Below are positions 52,305-63,970 of a DNA stretch of 64,000 bases, one piece after another. The stretch comes from Octopus sinensis. Taxonomy: Eukaryota. The notes under the pieces were generated by a model. It was not told the origin of the DNA, made no database searches, and saw only the letters and a program-made list of their open reading frames with translations. Both the position numbers and the translations under genes were made by a program. The DNA is taken from assembly GCF_006345805.1 (NCBI RefSeq), contig NC_043009.1:7564001-7628000 (forward strand), given 5' to 3'. Position 1 is the first letter of the stretch. Each line of letters opens with the position of its first letter.

Positions 52305-52745
52305 GGAAGCGCAATGGCCCAGTGGTTAGGGCAGCGGACTCGTGGTCGTAAGAATGCGGTTTCGATTCCCAGACCGGGCATTGGGAGTGTTTATTGAGCA
52401 AAAACACCTAAGCTCCACGAGGCTCCGGTGGAGGGTGGTGGTGGTGATCCCCGCTGTACTCTTTCACCACAGCTTTCTCTCACCCTTTCTTCCTACTTCT
52501 GCCACAAATCAGAGGACCAATGGTGTAACCCACTATGGTGTGGTAAACTTTCAGACCCTAGTCTAGATTGCGAATCCTCTGTACCCCAGGATGGTTCAGC
52601 TCTCTAGTCGTTAAAAGTCACGGTTTACGGAATGAGGATAACAACGGAGCTTTCGCGCCCGTGCAACCGCCATTCGATCGCGCGTGGTTGGTGGATCTTC
52701 AAGTTGCCACACGCATTCTTCGAAGCTTAGAATAGGCTCAAAGAA
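52305..52745 (+). mobile_element. Composite SINE (second copy of the 27641 type)
   Basis: Family-B head followed by atggtgtggtaaactttcagaccctagtctagattgcgaa. Confidence 0.8.
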
Positions 52746-52769
52746 TTTTAGGCGAATGAATGAATCGAC

Positions 52770-53207
52770 CCCAGTACTTTTGTTTTGGAATCCTGGTACT
52801 TATTCAGTCTATCTCTGTTGCCGAACTGCTAAGTTACTGGGACGTAAACACACCAGCACTGGTTGGCAAGCGGAGTGTGTGTGGGGGAAACACAGACAAA
52901 GACGCACACATATAGATACATAAATAAACACACAAACACACACACAGACACACACACAAACATGCACACGCACATAAACACACGCGTACAATCACACAGA
53001 CACACACACATATGCGTGTACACACACATATGCGTGTACACACACTTATACATACGACGGGCTTTTTTCAGTTTCTCTCAAGCAAATCCACTCACAAGGC
53101 TTTGGTCGGCCCGAGACTATAGTAGAAGACATTTGCTCGAATTTCCTTGCTGTGGGACTGAACCCGGAACCATGGAGATGGGAAGCAAGCTTCTCACTAC
53201 ACAACAT
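52770..53207 (-). mobile_element. SINE family A (diverged)
   Basis: aaatccactcacaaggctttggtcggcccgagactatag on +. Confidence 0.85.
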
Positions 53208-53499
53208 CTATCTGAACAAAAATTGCAAGGCTTTCTGAAGGAATTATTCGTGTTTTTAGACGATTGACTTAATCTATAGTCAAGTTTCCCAAAACCACCA
53301 GCACCAGCACCACCCCCACCCCCACCCCCACCACCACCTCTACCACCTGACCCATGGGTCTTTTTAATTGAGCGCAATCTGTTAAAAGTGTCCGTGGTTT
53401 TCCGATCGAAGATGTTATGATCTTCCATCATTTAACCTGCCAAGACCGGAGACCCATGCGGCAAAAAAAAAAAAGAGGAGAAAAGTAATCGTGTTGCCC

Positions 53500-53700
53500 G
53501 CCCCCTCTCAATTTCGTCTCCAATCGTGTCGCCCTCCCCCCCTCCCGATCTCGTCTCCAACGCTTTGTTCTGTTAATGGTCATGACTCATTCGTTCACCG
53601 AGCGTCGTTATCTCGGCTCGCGTGGTGTTGCGTAATATGGGCAGCTGACGCAACATCACAGCGTTTTAGCGAGACGTCTGTATATTTAATGAATGTTTTA
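53500..53700. promoter_or_regulatory. CpG-rich non-repetitive segment with clustered bZIP-type motifs (candidate enhancer)
   Basis: ATGACTCAT at 53582-53590 (AP-1); GTTGCGTAAT at 53627-53636 (C/EBP/PAR-like); CAGCTG at 53642-53647; TGACGCAA at 53646-53653 (ATF-C/EBP composite-like). Confidence 0.35.
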
Positions 53701-55098
53701 TTATATTGCACCGTTGATCTGATTTTCAAGCTTTCAATGGGTTTTTATGAAGGAAACGGTTAATGTCTCTAATGTATTCACTCATTCCCTCATCACTCAA
53801 TCTTCGACCGTGGAATCTTGAAATGGTCAGAATCTATATAGCGGGTCATTCACTTCAGGGACATCATCAACAGTATAAAGTGATTGGAATTGTGTGAAGG
53901 CAAGAACAACAACAACGGGCAACAACAACAACAACAATAGCAGCAGCAGCAGTAACAAGAATAACAACAGCATTAACAGAAAATGATAACTCGAGTTAGC
54001 AGAGATCCTCCATTTCTTCAGACGATCTGCTAGAAATAGCAGTCAAACCTTCTTCAAAATCAAACTCTTTCATCTGATAAAAAAAGAAAAAAAAGACACG
54101 CTTGCTGATATACTTTGATACGCTGCATTTGTAAAAAGAAAATTACAACACGAGACAAAAAAAAACGAAAAGGAAACAGAATGTTCACGACTATGATGCC
54201 CCTTGATCATAGGTCTGCACGATAAGAGCTGACCTGGGGCTAAACAAACAACAAATGATATCTAACGAGCGACCTATCTATTTATCCTAGCCAGACATTG
54301 AAATGACCTCAAAGTAGATTTATTCCCGAGAGTCTATAGTGATTGGCCGTCTGTTGTGCACGCTTTCTTTCTCTCTCTCTCTCCCTCACTTTCTCTGTGT
54401 ATGTATTACAATCAATCTAATAGATTTTCTTCTAATCTCATGCATGAAATTAAACACTTTTGAAGAATAGAATTCAAAATACTGATACCTTATTGACAGA
54501 AGTTTTACAGATGGAAAATAGAGAGTGAAAGAGGGAAAAGAGAGAAAAGAAGAGAGACAGACGGAATCAATTTAGTTCTCAGGTTATGCTTTAGAATATA
54601 TATGAATGCAGCGGCCGACATTTTGATTACACAATACTGGTTGACTATTTATTAGATAGACCTGTATTGTATCTAATATAATATATCTATATAATTGAAA
54701 ATTATGCTATTTCTATGTTGCTTTACACAGGGAGTTTAGCTTTAATGTTAATATTACCATGGCTGACCTATTGTAACTTGCTCTTCGAAGTTATATTACC
54801 AATTTAAAACAAAATCATTGGCAGAGAAATTCGATGCAGAATTTGTAGATGCTTTTGTTATTGTTGCTGTCGTTGTTGTCGTCGTCGTCGTCGTCATCGT
54901 GGTCGTCGTTGTTGCTGGTGTATGTCTTGTTGTTTAGCCCAAGGTCAACCTTGACTGAGTAGACCTATGATCAAAAAGCATTCCAACTATGATGACAATC
55001 TCGAATTATCAAGGCTACTGGGTTTGTACTACTACATTATTACATTATTATAAGGTGTCCTTCCTAGGGCTATAAATTTGAAGGAGACATGTGTGTGT

Positions 55099-55130
<32 letters not shown>

Positions 55131-55299
55131 TTGTGTGTGTGTGTGCCCGACGGGCTATCACATACTTTCTGTCTACTAAATTAAGGCATTAGTCGGCCCC
55201 GAGGATAAGGCTGTGTATATGTTTCGTATAGGGCGATAGAATAACAGAAAAGGCGAGAAGAAGGTTGATGTAAAATCTCAAAGGGCGAAATCACAGATT

Positions 55300-56010
55300 A
55301 ATCTACACTGTTGTATGGTGCAGAAACATGAAATTTGGCGAAAACTTTGTCAGACAAGTTAGAAGCTTTTGAAATGTGGACATATAGACGAATGTTAAGA
55401 ATATCTTAGACAAATAATAAAACTAATGGAGATGTGCTACAACTAGCAAATAAGAAATAATGATTATTCTCAACTATGAAAGAAAGGTAGCTAAAGTACT
55501 TTAGTCAAATAGTAACAGAACGAAATATACGTAAACTATTACTAGAGAGAAAGATAAATGGTAAACACCCGAGAGAAAGACCTAGAACAAACTGGGTTGA
55601 TAACATTAAGGACTGGATTAAATTTGTTGTTGTTGTTTGTTCCTTCTCGAGCCATGCCTGGCTCATAAGGGTTGGTTTCCCGGTTTCTTGGTTTATAGGT
55701 TCCCCACCTGGACGCCTGTCCGTCGCAGGTGAGCTGCAAGATGCAGGAGGAATGAGTGAGAGAAAGTTGTGGTGAGAGAGTCAGCAGAGGTTCGCCATTA
55801 CCTTCTGCCGGAGCCGCGTGGAGCTTAGGTGTTTCGCTCATAAACACACACATCGCCCGGTTAGAGATTCGAACCCGCGATCCCTCGACCGCATGTCCGC
55901 TGCTCTAAACACTAGGCCAAGTGCCTCCACACTGGATTAAATTACCGGAGAATAGACCCGAATGGAGATCCTTGTTATTCAACATGCGGAGGATTGATGA
56001 CAACTATGAA
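55300..56010 (+). mobile_element. Decayed RTE LINE 3' fragment split by a SINE
   Basis: LLYGAET*..KLEAFEMWTYRRMLRIS*...KINGKHPRERPRTNWVDNIKDW. Confidence 0.85.
55625..55930 (-). mobile_element. tRNA-derived SINE with a 13-bp target-site duplication
   Basis: actggattaaatt at 55612-55624 and 55931-55943; same family as 60122-60410. Confidence 0.92.
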
Positions 56011-57639
56011 TGATTTAAAATTTAGCACAAGACCAGCAATTTCTCGGGAGTGGGTAGACCAAAAACATCGACCCCCAGTGTCCAACTGGTACATATTTCA
56101 TGGACTTCGAAAGAACGAAAGGCAAAGTCAACTTCAGAACGTATAGACGGATGAGGACACCTAATAATGATAATAATTCTTCATATTTTAAAGATGAAGA
56201 TTTGGCTGCTATATCTAGTATACTGATATTCCCCTATTGGGAAATTTCGTGTCGGCTGGCAGGTGCTGCTGTAGTTGTTTTCATTAACCGTTTCGTCATC
56301 GATGTTGTCTTCTTTGCTTTTCTTTTGTTATTTTCGTTAATGTTATTTTATAAACGGTCCGTGTCTTTGTTTTTTGCTTCATAAACCTTGCTAATAACGC
56401 GAAGTCTTTGAATATTTGCCCAAACAATCAAAGTCTTCGTCGTAATGTCATCCATTTCTACATGAAACGTGATTTATCACTGCAGAATAAAACAATAAAA
56501 GAATTTTTAAAAAATTAGAAAAAAATATAAAAATAAAAAAAGAGACGCAAACAAGAAAATAAAAGTTAAATTGAAAACAAAGAAATGTCGCTCATTAACA
56601 AAAACGCCTTCCACCCCCACCTTCACCACCACCACCACAGTCATTTGGATAAATTATTTATATAATAACGAACAATTATGTTGTATCATTGTAGCGTTAA
56701 TGTGGTGTGAATCAGAAATGAAATATTTTGTTAAATTTCATTTTCAAAAATATGAAAATACAAACAAAAAAAAAACATCACCTCCTCCATCATCACAAAC
56801 ATGAAGCCGATGTCGACATTCGCCGCCACTGACGCTACCGTCGCCGCTGACACACAACAGCAAATATCATAATCATCATCATCACAACAACCATCATCAT
56901 AACAGTCACAACAACCATCAGCGTCAACAACAACACTCTGCCGTAGAACGGAAACCAAAAGGAGCATGCTGAAGGCCAGTATCTATGTGATAGACAAAGA
57001 TTAAATAGAAATGGCTCGTAACTGCAAACACCACCACCACCACCACCACCACCACCATCAGCACCACCACCACTACTACTACTACTACTATATTATTATT
57101 GTTGTTGTTGTTGTTATTTTTCAGGTTTCTGTTTGGAATCGAACTCGGAAACTTGGGGTTAGTAGCCTGCGCTCTTAACCACTACTATAGGCACAAAGCC
57201 TGGGATTAGAGGGGACGGGGATAGTCGATCACATCGACCCAGTACATGACTGGTACTTAATTTATCCACCCCGAAAGGATGGGTGGAAAAGTTGACCTCG
57301 GCTGGTTTTGAACTTATAAACGTAAGCGGCAGGCGAAATACCTACTTCTTTACTACATTTGACTGAGGCCATGCTGGAGCACCACCATAAAGTGTTTTGT
57401 TGTTTTTGTAAAATCTCAGAAAATAATTAAAAAATCACATTTTTTATCAAATTACTTTGTTATATTTGTCTATCTATCCAACTGTAAACATTTTAAATAT
57501 TTCACTAACTTTTTGTTATAACTTGGCAAAAGGGTGAATATTTTGCCAAAAATTGCCAAATTTGTTCCCACAGTCTTCTTTATCCACAACCAGAATCGTA
57601 AACTTTCTCTTGAAAAGATTTCAAACTGGTCAAAGTTGA

Positions 57640-57790
57640 GAGTTTGACCCAGGACTTATTCTTTGTAAGCCTAGTACTTATTCTATCGGTCTCTTTTTGC
57701 CGAGCCGTTAACTTACGGATACATAATACCAACACCATCGGTTGCCAAGCGATGATGGGAGGGGGGCACACAAACATACACTCATGATTA
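57640..57790 (-). mobile_element. SINE family A 3' fragment
   Basis: gaccccaggacttatt-like tail and ctagtacttattctatcggtctc match family A in reverse. Confidence 0.8.
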
Positions 57791-57988
57791 TACATGCTTA
57801 CATACATACACACATACATACATGCATACATACACATATATATATTATATAATCAGATAGGAGAATATCTCCCTGTACAGAACAACTACTTAGCGCTCTA
57901 ATTAATAGAGCAACATGAACTATAAAGATTAATAAAAAGAAATTTGTTTTGTTTTATTTATCTATATACGTATGCATGTATGTGTTTG

Positions 57989-58059
<71 letters not shown>

Positions 58060-58071
58060 TATATATGTATG

Positions 58072-58102
<31 letters not shown>

Positions 58103-58108
<6 letters not shown>

Positions 58109-58303
58109 CCGCGTGTGTATTGTTGGCGATTTTTTCCCCTCTGTCTTCCCTGGATCTTTCCTTTTTCTATGTATCTGACGAAGAGCTCCGCTCGAAACGT
58201 TAAATCCTCCTTCTTTTTTTCCTTTCCTGAGCGTCCAATAACGCTATACTTATTCCATGTCCTCGCGTTGTCGTGTTTTCTCTTTGTTCATGTTTGGATC
58301 AAC
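58103..58303 (+). mobile_element. PLE-derived element, family alpha, with canonical-core minimal hammerhead
   Basis: gtatCTGACGA-A-GAGC-TCC-GCTC-GAAACGTT-aaat at 58171-58205. Confidence 0.72.
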
Positions 58304-58353
58304 TATATATATATATATTATATATATATATTTACATACACACACACACATAC

Positions 58354-58384
<31 letters not shown>

Positions 58385-58481
58385 ATTAAGGGCTCCTAAA
58401 TAAGGATGCCAAGTGCCAGGGACACAAAAAAGGGATAAATTTATCGAGAGTGAAAATCAAAAACATTTACCAATAACGATA

Positions 58482-58575
58482 CATCCCGGACTGATATCAG
58501 TTTCTACCTCTTTCTAGCAAAACAGACAGAATCAGACAGAATATGTTTGCTAAGGCCGGTTTCATCAGCGAGACG
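58482..58575 (-). ncRNA. Type I hammerhead ribozyme candidate (mirror copy)
   Basis: Reverse complement of 58981-59074. Confidence 0.72.
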
Positions 58576-58980
58576 CCTAAGTTAGATCGAGATGCGCAGA
58601 GCGTTAGACCATGTGTTGATCAAAACAACTTGCAAATCTTAACTTTTCAAATATCTGCGCAGAGGCAAAATCTACCTGGCGATATAGGGCATGCCGGGAA
58701 AAAATTTTACGAATAAATCTATCAAGTAATTCGTGAATATAATCAAATGGGTAATGACTAATTCGTCCTTTGTGCTGGGCCACTGGTAGTAATCTATATT
58801 ATTACCCTTTTGATTATATTCACGTATTACTTGATAGATTTATTCGTAAAATTTTTTCCCGGCATGCCCTATATCGCCAGGTAGATTTTGCCTCTACGCA
58901 GATATTTGAAAAGTTAAGATTTGCAAGTTGTTTAGATCAACACATGGTCTAACGCTCTGCGCATCTCGATCTAACTTAGG

Positions 58981-59074
58981 CGTCTCGCTGATGAAACCGG
59001 CCTTAGCAAACATATTCTGTCTGATTCTGTCTGTTTTGCTAGAAAGAGGTAGAAACTGATATCAGTCCGGGATG
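58981..59074 (+). ncRNA. Type I hammerhead ribozyme candidate
   Basis: Helix I CGTCTCG/CGGGATG (7 bp, 2 G-U); CTGATGA at 58988-58994; helix II ACC/GGT plus TAGCAAA/TTTGCTA; GAAA at 59052-59055; palindromic helix III ACTGATATCAGT; GTC triplet with predicted cut after 59067. Confidence 0.75.
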
Positions 59075-59279
59075 TATCGTTATTGGTAAATGTTTTTGAT
59101 TTTCACTCTCGATAAATTTATCCCTTTTTTGTGTCCCTAGCACTTGGCATCCTTATTTAGGAGCCCTTAATTATATTTCTACATGAATAATATTTTTCTA
59201 TATGAATAATATTTTGTCTAATGACTAATTCGTCCTTTGTGCTGGGCCACTGGTAGTAATCTATATTATTACCCTTTTG

Positions 59280-59324
<45 letters not shown>

Positions 59325-59328
<4 letters not shown>

Positions 59329-59780
59329 GACGGACTTCTTTCCGTTTCCGTCTACCAAATCCACTCACAAGGCATTGGTCGGACCGAGGGTGTACTAAAA
59401 AGAACACATGCACAAATCGTTGGGAAGGAAGCTTCTTACCACACTGCCACAACTGCGCCTATATCTGTTTGATAATATGTGTGTGTTTGTGTGTGTGTAT
59501 GTGAGCCTGCGTGTGTGTGCGTGCACATTTGTGAGTATCTGTGTCTGTGCTTGTCGCCCATCAACGCTACACAACCGGTGTTGGTGTGTTTACGTCCCCA
59601 CAATCTAGCTGTTCGGCCAAAGGGATCGATAGAATAAGTACCAGGCTTCGCGCGTGCGCGCGCACACACATACACGCAGACGCAGAAATACACACACATG
59701 CAAAATACACACACATTCGACTACAAATTCTTCGAGGTAGTGCCCTAGCATGGCCGCTGTCTAATGACTAAAAACAAAAG
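59325..59780. mobile_element. SINE family A halves in opposite orientation (5' half on - at 59325-59460, 3' half on + at ~59500-59780)
   Basis: Both halves match the 9271 copy but point in opposite directions. Confidence 0.75.
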
Positions 59781-59799
59781 TGAAAAATAGAAGATATTC

Positions 59800-60720
59800 A
59801 GAACTTGCATTATGACAATGAATAAACAAAAATCATTTGCCTCTATCACAAAGCCAACATCACAAAATCTGGCTCTCCTGTTCTGAGCCTCCAAACTTCA
59901 TTAGTTCTAACAGGTGATAATTACCTGCAAAGATCTACAACGGAGTACTACAGTACTCCATTGTAGATCTCACTATAGACTTCTTACAAGTAATCTAAAT
60001 GATGTTATTTTCTTGATGCAGTCTGGGACGAATCTATTTATATCTGTAGCGTCATCAAAGGCACGCCCTAGCAACTGGTCCACAGATTTGTTTGTCTTTA
60101 CCATTTATTGTTTCTATTGTGTGGATGCACATGGCCTAGTGGTTAGAGCAGTGGACTCGCGGTCAAGGGATAGCGGGTTCGAATCTCTGACCAGGCGATG
60201 TGTGTGTTTATGAGCGAAACACCTAAGCTCCGCGCGGCTCCAGCAGAAGGTAATGGCGAACGAACTTCTGCTGACTCTTTCGCCACAACTTTCTCTCATC
60301 TCACTCTTTCCTCCTGCATCTTGCAGCTCACCTGCGACAGACCGCCAAGGAAACCGGGAAACCGGCCCTTATGAGCCAGGCGTGGCTCAAGAAGGAACAA
60401 GCAACAATTGTTTCTATTACCACAATATTCGAATGTTCAAACCTACTCTGAGTGGACTGGTCACCTGCCATAACCGCTCCAGAGACTCTTAGACTCACTA
60501 GCTTCTCTTCCTGTCACCCATTTTATGCACATTCTTAGATACTGCAGTTATTAAAATGCTCGGTCGTTCTTCCCAAGGAACTGTTTTTTCTGTAATATCG
60601 GCATTCTTCCTGTCACTCCTTCTCGCCGGTGCCAGCTTGCAACAATTCAAATGTGAACATAAATATCTTTAAAGTCCTTGAGACCAGCTTAACAAAAACA
60701 ACAACAAAAGGCCAATATGA
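59800..60720 (+). mobile_element. Heavily decayed L2/CR1-type LINE 3' remnant split by a SINE
   Basis: Traces such as gatctacaacggagtactac (IRPTMEY-like) and cggtcgttcttcccaaggaactg (RSFFPRT-like). Confidence 0.4.
60122..60410 (+). mobile_element. tRNA-derived SINE (same family as 55625-55930)
   Basis: ggatgcacatggcctagtggttagagcagtggactcgcggtc...gggttcgaatc. Confidence 0.9.
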
Positions 60721-61021
60721 GGTACAAAGCGACACCTGTTAATAAATTATTATAAATCTAAACATTCAAATCTTATTAATCTGCTTCTCGGGGCGTATAT
60801 TTGGTTGTTACTATTTTAACAACCTAAACTACTGAACGAAATCGAATGCATGAAAAATGAAAGTGATGTGAGATTGACCTCTGCTTATTGTAAAACATTA
60901 TTCTAGTAACATTTAGAATTAATCTCAAAACTCCATCAAATGCCCTGGCTTCGATCGCATAGGCAGTGCAGTACAGATGCAGGAAAGACGGGATGTATCG
61001 CTTAATCATATTTTTGTATGT

Positions 61022-61265
61022 GAGGGCGCATAGGTCTAGTAGTTAGGGTGTTGCACTCACGATTGTGGGATTGTGGTTTCAAATCCTGGACCGAGTGTTG
61101 CGTTGTGTTCTTGAGCAAAACATTGCAGCTCAGGTTGCTTAGCGATCACTTCGACTTCTGTCGTGTGGTACACCGTACACCTGTTCAGGTAACATCGATT
61201 TAATGGAAGAATTGAGTTAATCCGCAGCACATACATTTGATCATTATTAAAAAAAAATCCTTTGT
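61022..61265 (+). mobile_element. SINE family B variant
   Basis: gagggcgcataggtctagtagttaggg...ggtttcaaatcctggaccg. Confidence 0.8.
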
Positions 61266-61297
61266 TCAAGGAATTACAAAACTATCTCTTTCGAAAG

Positions 61298-61802
61298 ACT
61301 GCTGATATACATGAGGAATATGAGGGCGGAAGTTATTAAGCGACTAGAATCCTTCGATCACCTCTGTCTACGCCGCATCATTCGTGTCCGATGGCATCAC
61401 TTTGTCTCCAACAATTCGGTACGACACCAGTGCATAATCGCCCCCATCCGACAAGTCATCCTAATGAGACGTCTGCGTTGGCTGGATCATGCCCTCCGTC
61501 GTCAGCCAGGAGAATTCATCTACGAAGCAATTGCCCCAGCTCCCCTTCAGGGTTGGCGAAAGCGATGTGGTGGACAACGAAAAACCTGGCTGATGACAGT
61601 CAAAGCTGATCTGTAACCCAACCTAGGCCCCTATATTTACGGCGTTCGCCGCTGGAATAAGGAGTGGTTGGAGATCATGAGGTCGTTAGGCTCAAATTGC
61701 CAGGTCTGGTCGGCGTTTGTGAGAGATGCAGCATTGAGGATGAATGAAGCCAGCTCAACCCACCCCAAGTGAATGCTGTCAAGTCAAGTCAAGTCAAGTC
61801 AA
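61298..61802 (+). mobile_element. 5'-truncated RTE LINE with (GTCAA)n tail
   Basis: RLESFDHLCLRRIIRVRW..VSN...RRLRWLDHALR...WRKRCGGQRKTW; stop at 61614-61616; terminal TGA at 61770-61772; tail at 61778-61802. Confidence 0.92.
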
Positions 61803-62284
61803 AGACTGCTATATATTTTTAAGTATAAACCCAACGGATTCGTGTTCGCGACGTCAGGAATAAGACCTTTTTAGCATAGTCCTTCAATATACATCTTAGA
61901 TTAATATAATGCCCTATCCAGAATTGCGACATCTTGGGTCAGTTTAAAATAATAGAATTTGACAAAACAGTAACCACCTAAGGTTGGAACTGTCTTCAAA
62001 AATATATTTTACCTTTTTATCTATTTCATTTCTATTGCCGACTTTCCAAAGACTAAATAAGTTGAAGAATTGCAATGGATGAAGAACTCTAATTCTTTAA
62101 ATTTTTATTTTGCTGATATCAGCAGTTAAATAGAGTTAAAATTATTCCATCTTCAAGTCGATATTTGATAGCATTTCTTTTGATAAGGCCTCAGTGGAGT
62201 GAAAATCGAAATGGCGAAGAACCAGTACAGAACATTAAACTAGACAAGTTAATATAACTAGTCATTAGGTTTTCCATCATTCGC

Positions 62285-62700
62285 GTTGCCGTCGTCACGA
62301 CCATCATCATCATCATCGTCATCATCACCATCATTACTACCACCATCACTACAATCACCATCATCCTACAACTACCTTCATCTCCATCATCCTCATCACA
62401 TTTCCATCATCATGATCGTCGTCGTCGTCCTCCACGTCCTCTTCCTCATTATCATCATCATCATCATCATAATCATTCTCCTCCTCCTCCTCCTCCTCCT
62501 CCTCATCATCATCATCATCATCATCATCTTCGACGTTACCATTACAGCCACAATCATCATGGTCATCAACATCAACCTTACTTCCACGACCATGACCAAT
62601 GCCACGACAACCACTGCCGCCGCCGCCGCCACCGACGCCGCCGTCACCACCACCACCGCCTCCTCCACCGCCACATTCCTCCTCCTCATCAACAATGTTT
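62285..62700. repeat. Degenerate (CAT)/(CCT)/(CAC)/(CGC) trinucleotide array
   Basis: Directly visible. Confidence 0.95.
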
Positions 62701-63159
62701 GGTTGAAAGTTGAGCATGAGTGCGCCTGTGTGTGAATAATATTGGACCGTAAGTATGAAACGTCGGGGAAAGTTTCACCCAGCTTCACCGTAAAAGACGG
62801 ATACCTGTCATATTTTCGTAGAGATTTAATATGGACAGCCAAAGTAAATTTATTTCTAACTACTCCTCGCGACCCCACCGCCATCTGTTACCGACGTCTC
62901 TTTCTCTGAAAGGACACAAGAGCATTAATTAACAGAATCAAGCATCGTACTCACAGACGTGTCTATTTAGAAAAGTTCATCTGAAGAATTTTGGCTGCTT
63001 AGCGAAATTTTTAACAGACGTGTCATTAAATCGTGATTGACAGTCGAAAATTTAACAATAAAAAGAAAAAAGAAAACGAAATATTCTGAAATATCTAAGT
63101 ATATTGAATCTAGATATACTGTGGCGGCTGTGTATAGGCGTAAGTGTGAGTGTGGTAAG

Positions 63160-63290
63160 AAATTTTCTTCTCAGCCGCATGGTTCCGGGTTCAGTCCCAC
63201 TGTGTGGCATCATGGGCAAATGTCTTTTGCTATAGCCCCAGGCTGACCAAAGCCTTGTGTGTGGATTTGCTAGACGGAAACTGAAACTGT
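63160..63290 (+). mobile_element. SINE family A 5' half
   Basis: ggttccgggttcagtcccactgtgtggcatcatgggcaaatgtc. Confidence 0.8.
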
Positions 63291-63664
63291 ATCTATGTCT
63301 CTTCAATTTTTTAATTATTAGAAATCTTCCACTGAGGAGAGAACCGGTTTCCAGCAAAGATACATGGCTCCATCTTTGGGATGTAATTAACACAGGCAAA
63401 TTCACATTTGGAACTCGAGAAAAGTGTTGCGTACTTTTACTGTTCCACTCACAGATTGTGCTTGTAATGTACGAATTGGTCGATTTCTCTTTCTGAAAAT
63501 CCCAGTTTATCCAGATACTCCTATGTATGTATATATGTAAGTATGTACACACGCTCACACACACACACACACACACGACAGATTTCTTTCAGCTTCCGTC
63601 CACAAGAGAATCTTTCTCCATGGTAAGTTCTGTGAATTACAAATACACATACACACACACAAGT

Positions 63665-63970
63665 CAATGCGCGTGACATAGTGGTTAGGGTATTCGGCTC
63701 CCGATCGTAAGGTCGTGAGTTCAATTCCCGGTGACGTTTTGTGTCGTTGAGCAAAACTCTTTATATCGCGTTGCTCAAGTCTACTCACCTGGTAAAAATG
63801 AGTAGTACCAGTGTTTCAAAGGGCCAGCTTTGTCACACTCTGTATCACGCTGAATCTCCCTGAGAACTACGTTAAGGGTACACGTGTCTGTGGAGTGCTC
63901 AGCCACTTGCACCTTAGTTTCATGAGCAGACTGTTCCGATGGTCGGATCAACTGGAATCTTCGTCGTCGA
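63665..63970 (+). mobile_element. SINE family B
   Basis: atgcgcgtgacatagtggttaggg head; tail ggatcaactggaatcttcgtcgtcg. Confidence 0.85.

Larger units (their letters stand above)
58380..59282. mobile_element. Penelope-like pLTR structure: 376-bp inverted arms around a 45-bp spacer plus a partial tandem repeat (period 467 bp)
   Basis: Arms 58380-58755 and 58801-59176 with five mismatches seen; 58752-58815 is repeated at 59219-59282. Confidence 0.8.

Noticed and set aside
1238-63788. Dozens of ORFs rich in IY, CV, HT, MYVC, poly-H/M/S/K
   Set aside because: They are translations of (TA)n, (CA)n, (ATGT)n, (CAT)n and (GAA)n microsatellites or of SINE bodies, not genes.
7330-63970. tRNA genes suggested by A-box/B-box motifs
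   Set aside because: They are SINE heads: they continue into shared non-tRNA cores and lack complete cloverleafs.
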